Shown one piece after another: positions 39,109 to 43,715 of a DNA stretch of 43,715 nt; the stretch's first letter is position 1, and each line of letters begins with the position of its first letter. Below the pieces are notes generated by a model, which saw nothing but the letters and a program-made list of their open reading frames with translations, was not told the origin of the DNA and searched no databases. A program made the translations under genes and the position numbers. This DNA is from a virus, in the IMG/VR virus record IMGVR_UViG_3300045988_059775, one strand, 5' to 3'.

Positions 39109-39609
39109 TCACCCCTGCAAGTCGGTGATGGCAACACCGCAGGCATTTGCGATTTTTTCGAGGGTGTTTACTCTCGGGACAACCTTCCCGGATTCCGCAT
39201 ATTGGATGGTTGCAGTGGACAGCCCGGTCTTTTCTGCCAGCGCCCGGATAGTCAGCCCGGCGTTTTCCCGAGCGGCCTTGATTTTTACGGCAGACACGCC
39301 GAGAGTCTTATAATCGGGTGACATATATCCGATTTGGAACATGCCCTGCTGCTGCAACGGCAATGCTTTGAGCGCAAAGCTGTTATCCACGTCCTCGAGG
39401 TCTACATCCTTCAGGACGTAAGCGCAGGCGTTGTCAAGCTCCGGAGTCATTTTGTGGAGCTTGTGCGCCAGCGTAATTTTCATCATCACGCCACGCACGG
39501 GAAACCTCGTAGCGTTGTCAAGGTCTGCCTGATTCACGCGGTCGGGGTTGCAGGCTTTATCCAGCAAACGGTACAGCTTGCCCAGATTTTGGATGGTGGT
39601 GTTTTCCAT
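39109..39609 (-). CDS. Protein with an unknown N-terminal domain and a C-terminal XRE-type HTH
   Basis: C-terminal IKAARENAGLTIRALAEKTGLSTATIQYAESGKVVPRVNTLEKIANACGV. Confidence 0.7.
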   Translation of the reverse strand: MENTTIQNLGKLYRLLDKACNPDRVNQADLDNATRFPVRGVMMKITLAHKLHKMTPELDNACAYVLKDVDLEDVDNSFALKALPLQQQGMFQIGYMSPDYKTLGVSAVKIKAARENAGLTIRALAEKTGLSTATIQYAESGKVVPRVNTLEKIANACGVAITDLQG

Positions 39610-39625
39610 TTTGTCCTCCTAACAT

Positions 39626-40033
39626 TCACTTGTTCAGCATGTCCATCACGGCGTTGTAATGGCTTTCGTATTCCTCGGCAACGGCAAGCTCTTTTCCGAC
39701 TTTCGCTTTCTGATAAGCCCGCTCTTCGCCGTAAATCTCGTTCTCAATCGCATCGGGGATCTCAACGAATGCTTTCTGTTTTTTGCCATTGACCATCACA
39801 TACACGCCGAATGCGTAATGCACGTTCTCCGGCCAACGACCGATCTGCTGCTTGTAGGCACCTGCCTTCATTTCCTTTCCATTCACCAGCAGGGAATTGA
39901 TGGTGTACTGCCATTCGTGGCATAATACGGAGAACTCGTTGCCATCGCTCGAGATAGTTTTTTCGGTAATGACCTTTTTGTCAATGTCGAGTTCGATTTT
40001 TGCGCCGCGGGCGGTATTCCAAGAGTATTTCAT
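39626..40033 (-). CDS. Hypothetical protein (135 aa), first gene of a two-gene minus-strand operon
   Basis: GGAGGG RBS before ATG 40033 (track ORF to 40048). 16-nt gap to the downstream HTH gene. Confidence 0.7.
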   Translation of the reverse strand: MKYSWNTARGAKIELDIDKKVITEKTISSDGNEFSVLCHEWQYTINSLLVNGKEMKAGAYKQQIGRWPENVHYAFGVYVMVNGKKQKAFVEIPDAIENEIYGEERAYQKAKVGKELAVAEEYESHYNAVMDMLNK

Positions 40034-40071
40034 TTTTTGTCCCTCCATCTGTGTTTCCTTTTGACACCATC

Positions 40072-40080
40072 ATTATACCA
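40072..40080 (-). promoter_or_regulatory. Extended -10 promoter element (TGGTATAAT on the minus strand)
   Basis: The plus strand reads attatacca at 40072-40080, about 40 nt upstream of the 40033 start. Confidence 0.4.
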
Positions 40081-40262
40081 TAAAACTAATACAAGTGATA
40101 CAGGCGAAGTCACCAGACTTTGCCTTATTTTTTTGTTTGTTTTGTGTCAGTTGTATCAGGTTTAAGCGGAGTTCAATCGAGTGTTTTTGTCCTTCGTTAT
40201 GCGTTCGTTGCCTCTTGGCTCTCCTTAAAAAGATAAACTGGGCGCAAAGGGAGGGAAGCGCC

Positions 40263-40640
40263 ATGTGGCACAAGTTTAACCCCAACCCCCACGGGAGCAG
40301 CGTCGGAGACTGTGCTGTGCGGGCGGTAGCAGCGGCCACCGGCAGGAGCTGGGAGCAAGCTTATATCAGCCTTGCGCTCACTGGTTACGCCCTCGGCGAT
40401 ATGCCCAGCGCCAACCGCACATGGGGCGCATACCTCCAAAAGCAGGGTTACAAGCGCCGCATGGTGGAAGCCGACTGCTCCACCTGTTACACCGTGGCAG
40501 ATTTTGCCCGGGAGTACCCGCGCGGCGTGTATGTACTGGGCTGCTCCGGCCACGTTCTGGCCGTCATCGATGGCAAGTGGTGGGACAGCTGGGACAGCGG
40601 CGCGGAATGCCCGATCTACTACTGGTACAAGGAGGAGTAA
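40263..40640 (+). CDS. Papain-like cysteine-peptidase-fold protein (tentative)
   Basis: NPNPHGSSVGDCAVRAVAAATG (candidate catalytic Cys) and GCSGHVLAVIDG (candidate His). GGGAGGG RBS before ATG 40263. Confidence 0.65.
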   Translation: MWHKFNPNPHGSSVGDCAVRAVAAATGRSWEQAYISLALTGYALGDMPSANRTWGAYLQKQGYKRRMVEADCSTCYTVADFAREYPRGVYVLGCSGHVLAVIDGKWWDSWDSGAECPIYYWYKEE

Positions 40641-40643
40641 ACG

Positions 40644-41093
40644 ATGCCTTACAATCCGTATGCGTATCAGATGCCGACATACTACGGCCAGCCAATGCCA
40701 GACAACCTCACTCAACTCAGGCAGGGAGTGGGCTATCAGTCTCCCATGATGCAGCAGCCGACAGCACAGACGGCACAGGCTACGCCCTCTATCATCTGGG
40801 TGCAGGGAGAAGAGGGCGCAAAAGCCTATATGGTCGCCGCAGGCAACAGCGTACTGCTGATGGACAGCGAAAACAGCGCTTTTTACATCAAGAGCACCGA
40901 CGCCAGCGGGATGCCGCTGCCTCTCCGCGTCTTTGACTATAAGGAACGCACCACGGCGGCAAAAATGCCCCCTCAGACGGCGCAGCAGCCCGGCGGGGAG
41001 TTTGTCACCAGGGCAGAGTTTGACGCCCTGGCAGCCCGCTGTGCAGCACTGGAAAAGCAGGAGCCCACAAAAACCGAAACGGAGGTCAAGTGA
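40644..41093 (+). CDS. Pro/Gln/Tyr-rich hypothetical protein with a central beta-rich core
   Basis: MPYNPYAYQMPTYYGQPMP N-terminus. Core SIIWVQGEEGAKAYMVAAGNSVLLMDSENSAFYIKSTD. Confidence 0.65.
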   Translation: MPYNPYAYQMPTYYGQPMPDNLTQLRQGVGYQSPMMQQPTAQTAQATPSIIWVQGEEGAKAYMVAAGNSVLLMDSENSAFYIKSTDASGMPLPLRVFDYKERTTAAKMPPQTAQQPGGEFVTRAEFDALAARCAALEKQEPTKTETEVK

Positions 41094-41095
41094 TC

Positions 41096-41323
41096 ATGGC
41101 AAACCCTCTTTTTGATGCACTGGGCGGCGGCAAAGCATCCTCCATGGCCGGCCCTATGGGCCAGTTCGGCCAGATGATGCAGCAGTTCCAGCAGTTCAAG
41201 GCTAATTTTCAGGGCGATCCAAAGCAGGAGGTGCAAAAGCTCCTGCAATCCGGGCGGATGAGCCAAGACCAGCTCAACCAGCTTCAGACAATGGCTCAGC
41301 AGTTCCAGCAGTTTTTACACTAA
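41096..41323 (+). CDS. Gln-rich small protein (75 aa)
   Basis: GQMMQQFQQFKANFQGDPKQEVQKLLQSGRMSQDQLNQLQTMAQQFQQF. GGAGG lies 10 nt upstream. Confidence 0.6.
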   Translation: MANPLFDALGGGKASSMAGPMGQFGQMMQQFQQFKANFQGDPKQEVQKLLQSGRMSQDQLNQLQTMAQQFQQFLH

Positions 41324-41384
41324 GTCGTAACCGTGGCCACGGTCGAGATACACTTTTTATCAAAAATTTCGAAAGGAGTACAAA

Positions 41385-42170
41385 ATGTCTCTTTCTTCTG
41401 ACAACATCGGCTTGACTATGCCGGTGCAGCCCGCCAATACCAACAATGGCAACGGCTTTGGCTTTGGCGGCGATGGTTCGTGGTGGATCATCGTGCTCTT
41501 CCTTTTCATCTTCTGCGGCTGGGGCGGTAACTGGGGCGGCAATCGCGCCGGTGCCGGGACGTCCGGCGCCGGCGTCGTGGATGGCTACATCCTGACCAGC
41601 GACTTCGCCAACATCGAACGCAAGATCGATGGCGTAAACAACGGTATGTGTGACGGCTTCTACCAGCAGGCACAGCTCATCAACGGCGTCCAGCAGACCG
41701 TGAGTAACGGCTTCATGTCCGCCGAGATCAGCCGTGCAAATCAGCAGGCGGCATTCATGCAGCAGCTCTCTGCAATGCAGATGCAGCAGCAGAACTGCTG
41801 CTGTGAGACCCGGTCTGCTATCCAGGGCGTCAACTACAATCTGGCTACCCAGTCCTGCGAGACCCGGAACACCGTGCAGAACACCACCCGGGACATCATC
41901 GACAACCAGAACCAGAACGCCCGCGCCATCCTTGACGCCCTGACCGCACAGCGCATCGAGGCAAAGGACGCAAAGATCGCTGAGCAGGGTCAGCAGCTGT
42001 TTGCAGCACAGCTTGCGGCATCTCAGGCAGCCCAGAACGAAACGCTCAAGGCCTACATGAGCGGTCAACTGGCCTACTACAATCCGCGCCCCGTGCCCGC
42101 ATTCCCGGTTCCTGCACCTTACCAGTACGGTAACTGCGGCACCGGTTGCGGCTGCAACGGTTGCGGCTAA
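41385..42170 (+). CDS. Membrane-anchored Gln/Asn-rich coiled-coil protein with conserved Cys motifs
   Basis: GFGFGGDGSWWIIVLFLFIFCGWGGNWGG is the TM segment. CCCETRS and SCETRN motifs. C-terminal GNCGTGCGCNGCG. AAAGGAG RBS. Confidence 0.7.
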   Translation: MSLSSDNIGLTMPVQPANTNNGNGFGFGGDGSWWIIVLFLFIFCGWGGNWGGNRAGAGTSGAGVVDGYILTSDFANIERKIDGVNNGMCDGFYQQAQLINGVQQTVSNGFMSAEISRANQQAAFMQQLSAMQMQQQNCCCETRSAIQGVNYNLATQSCETRNTVQNTTRDIIDNQNQNARAILDALTAQRIEAKDAKIAEQGQQLFAAQLAASQAAQNETLKAYMSGQLAYYNPRPVPAFPVPAPYQYGNCGTGCGCNGCG

Positions 42171-42237
42171 CCGAATAACGGCAACTGACTGCAAATTGTA
42201 GTCTGTTCAGCCCCTGAGCTGATTTTGCAAACCAGAG

Positions 42238-42265
42238 CGCCGGGGCAGTAGTCCCGGCGTTTTTT
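42238..42265 (+). terminator. Intrinsic terminator splitting the right-arm cluster
   Basis: Stem cgccggg/cccggcg (7 bp), 8-nt loop, then tttttt. Confidence 0.65.
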
Positions 42266-42284
42266 GATGAAAGGAGCCGATAAA

Positions 42285-42707
42285 ATGGCCGAATTTAGCA
42301 ACTCTAACACCGTCAGTGTGGCGGCGGGTGAAAACCTTCCCCTGACTGAGACCGCGGTAAAAGCCCCTGCCTGCATCATGCACCGTGAAGGCAGCGGCCT
42401 CGTGACCCTGCGCGGTCTTACCAATCAATGCAAAGCGCGCTTCAAGGTAAGCTTTGGCGGCAATATCGCCATTCCCACCGGCGGCACTGTGGGACCCATT
42501 TCCGTGGCGCTGGCTGTCGGCGGTGAGTCGCTGACCAGTGCGACAGCCATTGTCACCCCGGCGGCAGTCGAAAATTACTTCAATGTTTTCGTGGCCGCTT
42601 TCATCGAGGTGCCGCGCGGCTGCTGCGTGACCGTGGCGCTCAAAAACACCAGCACCCAGGCTGTCAGCATCGCCAACAGCAATCTGATCGTTGAACGGGT
42701 AGCGTAA
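42285..42707 (+). CDS. Beta-rich hypothetical protein (possible jelly-roll / TNF-C1q-like fold; tentative)
   Basis: Alternating beta-strand pattern (FKVSFGGNIAIP, ISVALAVGG, VFVAAFIEV, CCVTVALKN, NLIVERV) recalls C-terminal domains of exosporium-type proteins. AAAGGAG RBS before ATG 42285. Confidence 0.6.
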   Translation: MAEFSNSNTVSVAAGENLPLTETAVKAPACIMHREGSGLVTLRGLTNQCKARFKVSFGGNIAIPTGGTVGPISVALAVGGESLTSATAIVTPAAVENYFNVFVAAFIEVPRGCCVTVALKNTSTQAVSIANSNLIVERVA

Positions 42708-42723
42708 GAAAGGAGATAAAATC

Positions 42724-43125
42724 ATGCTGGATAAACTGAATCACCTGAAGGATGAGATGTGCGACGAGCTCATGGAGCTGACTGACAAAAAGAACCGATC
42801 CCCGGGCGATGTTGAGATGATCGGCGAGATCGTGGACATCATTCTGGACATCCACCGCATCGAGGACTACTGCGAGGGCGGCGAGTACAGCCGTACAGGC
42901 GAGTGGGAAGCTGACATGCGTGGATCCTTCAACCGCGACGCTGGAAACGGTTACAACCGGGGCAACAGCTATGCCAACCGAGGCCGTCACTATGTTCGTG
43001 GGCATTACTCCCGCACGGATGGCCGTGAGCGCATGATCTCTGACATCGAGGACATGATGCAGGACGCCACCGGTGCAGAGCGAGACGCTTACAAACGCGC
43101 GGCGGACATTCTGCGCAATGCATAA
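42724..43125 (+). CDS. Hypothetical protein with helical ends and a Gly/Arg/Tyr/Asn-rich centre
   Basis: 133 aa. Contains GSFNRDAGNGYNRGNSYANRGRHYVRGHYSRTDGRER. AAAGGAG RBS. Confidence 0.65.
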   Translation: MLDKLNHLKDEMCDELMELTDKKNRSPGDVEMIGEIVDIILDIHRIEDYCEGGEYSRTGEWEADMRGSFNRDAGNGYNRGNSYANRGRHYVRGHYSRTDGRERMISDIEDMMQDATGAERDAYKRAADILRNA

Positions 43126-43143
43126 GTGAGGAGGGTGGCAAGT

Positions 43144-43476
43144 ATGGACATCGACGAGATCAATGACCACATCCACAAACTGAAATGCGGATCCACTGAC
43201 TGGCAGAGCGTGGAAAAGCTTGCCGCCCTCTGCACCGTGAGAAATGAGCTGGAAGAAAAGCAGGCACCGGCAGAAATGCAGACTCAAGCGCTGCCTCCCG
43301 CGTCGTACCCGGCGGCATACTCCACAAAAGCAAATCCGCAAAGCGAGTTCGTGGAAGCGGCCAGCGCTGCACCCTTTGGCGGCTTGATGGAAGTGCTTGA
43401 TGAGCACATGAGCGCCATAAAGCTTGTATACCCGAAAGAGTATGAGCTGGTCATGCGGAAGATAACCGCATTGTAA
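43144..43476 (+). CDS. Hypothetical protein (110 aa)
   Basis: GAGGAGGG RBS before ATG 43144 (track ORF from 43126). Confidence 0.6.
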   Translation: MDIDEINDHIHKLKCGSTDWQSVEKLAALCTVRNELEEKQAPAEMQTQALPPASYPAAYSTKANPQSEFVEAASAAPFGGLMEVLDEHMSAIKLVYPKEYELVMRKITAL

Positions 43477-43596
43477 AACGACACAAAATGTGTTATTTTT
43501 ACATACAGACAAAACTTGAAAAGCTGAATTTTTGAGTTTGATAAGCTAACGCAAGACTAACAAACGTTGAGTTTTTATCGATAAATAGTAAAATAA

Positions 43597-43647
43597 AACT
43601 GATTTGTAATCAGTGGGTTGCAGGTTCAACTCCTGTCACCAGCTCCA
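43597..43647 (+). tRNA. Duplicate 3' fragment of tRNA-Thr(UGU) (partial, not a functional gene on its own)
   Basis: Same sequence as 1-51. No matching acceptor 5' strand (gctggtg) lies upstream. Confidence 0.75.
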
Positions 43648-43652
43648 AAAAT

Positions 43653-43698
43653 AAACGCACGGACGATAAAAACAAATCGTCCGTGCGTTTTTATTTTT
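43653..43698. terminator. Second copy of the same terminator hairpin, inside the right repeat
   Basis: Identical sequence to 57-102. Confidence 0.8.
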
Positions 43699-43715
43699 GC
43701 TTGAAATGCCTTAAA

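Larger units (their letters stand above)
1..43715. mobile_element. Complete temperate siphovirus-type phage genome (prophage cut exactly at its att repeats, or a circular genome written with a terminal overlap)
   Basis: Uninterrupted phage gene order runs from integrase through the CI/Cro switch, replication, late regulator, packaging, head, tail and lysis genes to cargo. Both ends are the same 119 bp. Confidence 0.9.
43597..43715 (+). repeat. Right copy of the perfect 119-bp terminal direct repeat
   Basis: Identical to 1-119. It is preceded by AT-rich sequence (gataaatagtaaaataa) that is not tRNA-like. Confidence 0.95.

Overview
The window reads as one complete temperate siphovirus-type phage genome, about 43.6 kb of unique sequence, with a GC-rich backbone and GGAGG-type ribosome-binding sites typical of a Firmicutes/Clostridia-like host. 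Both ends are the same perfect 119-bp sequence (1-119 = 43597-43715). That sequence is the 3' part of a tRNA-Thr(UGU) gene plus a bidirectional terminator. So the window is either a prophage cut at attL/attR or a circular genome (attP form) written with a terminal overlap.

Gene order:
- Left arm, mostly minus strand: integrase, an int-linked HTH protein, small cargo genes (a zinc-ribbon/SHOCT protein and membrane proteins) and a CI-like repressor.
- Plus strand, early: a Cro-like regulator, three antirepressor-type proteins (AntA/KilAC and two BRO-N), a 27-bp-repeat protein, RecT, SSB, a DnaD-type replisome organizer with internal iterons, a MazG-like protein, a small PPC-motif methyltransferase-like protein, an ASCH protein, RusA and a sigma-region-4-type late regulator.
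- A roughly 700-bp non-coding leader carrying three intrinsic terminators, tRNA-Trp(CCA) and two tRNA-like elements.
- Late genes: terS, terL, portal, an N6-adenine methyltransferase, a MuF-type head protein, a 2.6-kb island (below), scaffold, major capsid, head-tail connectors, major tail protein, G/GT chaperones with a U UUU UUU -1 frameshift site, tape measure, Tal-like and Dit-like proteins, fibre/receptor-binding proteins, a GH25 endolysin and two holin-like genes.
- Right-arm cargo up to the att repeat.

Most interesting:
1. A self-contained regulatory island inside the head module (22736-25372). It has an XRE repressor, a divergent consensus promoter covered by TACG-N5-CGTA operators, a short BRO-N protein, a displaced HK97-gp10-like gene and tRNA-Lys(UUU). 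In logic it resembles a second immunity region such as P22 immI.
2. The terminator-studded, tRNA-like-rich leader upstream of terS.
3. A seven-gene right-arm cluster of function-unknown proteins: a papain-like fold, Q/P-rich proteins, a membrane-anchored Cys-rich coiled coil and a jelly-roll-like protein.
4. An acr-aca-like two-gene operon (39109-40033).
5. A protein with 21 in-frame 27-bp repeats (7800-8963).

All family assignments come from motif recognition by eye. No database search or folding program was run.
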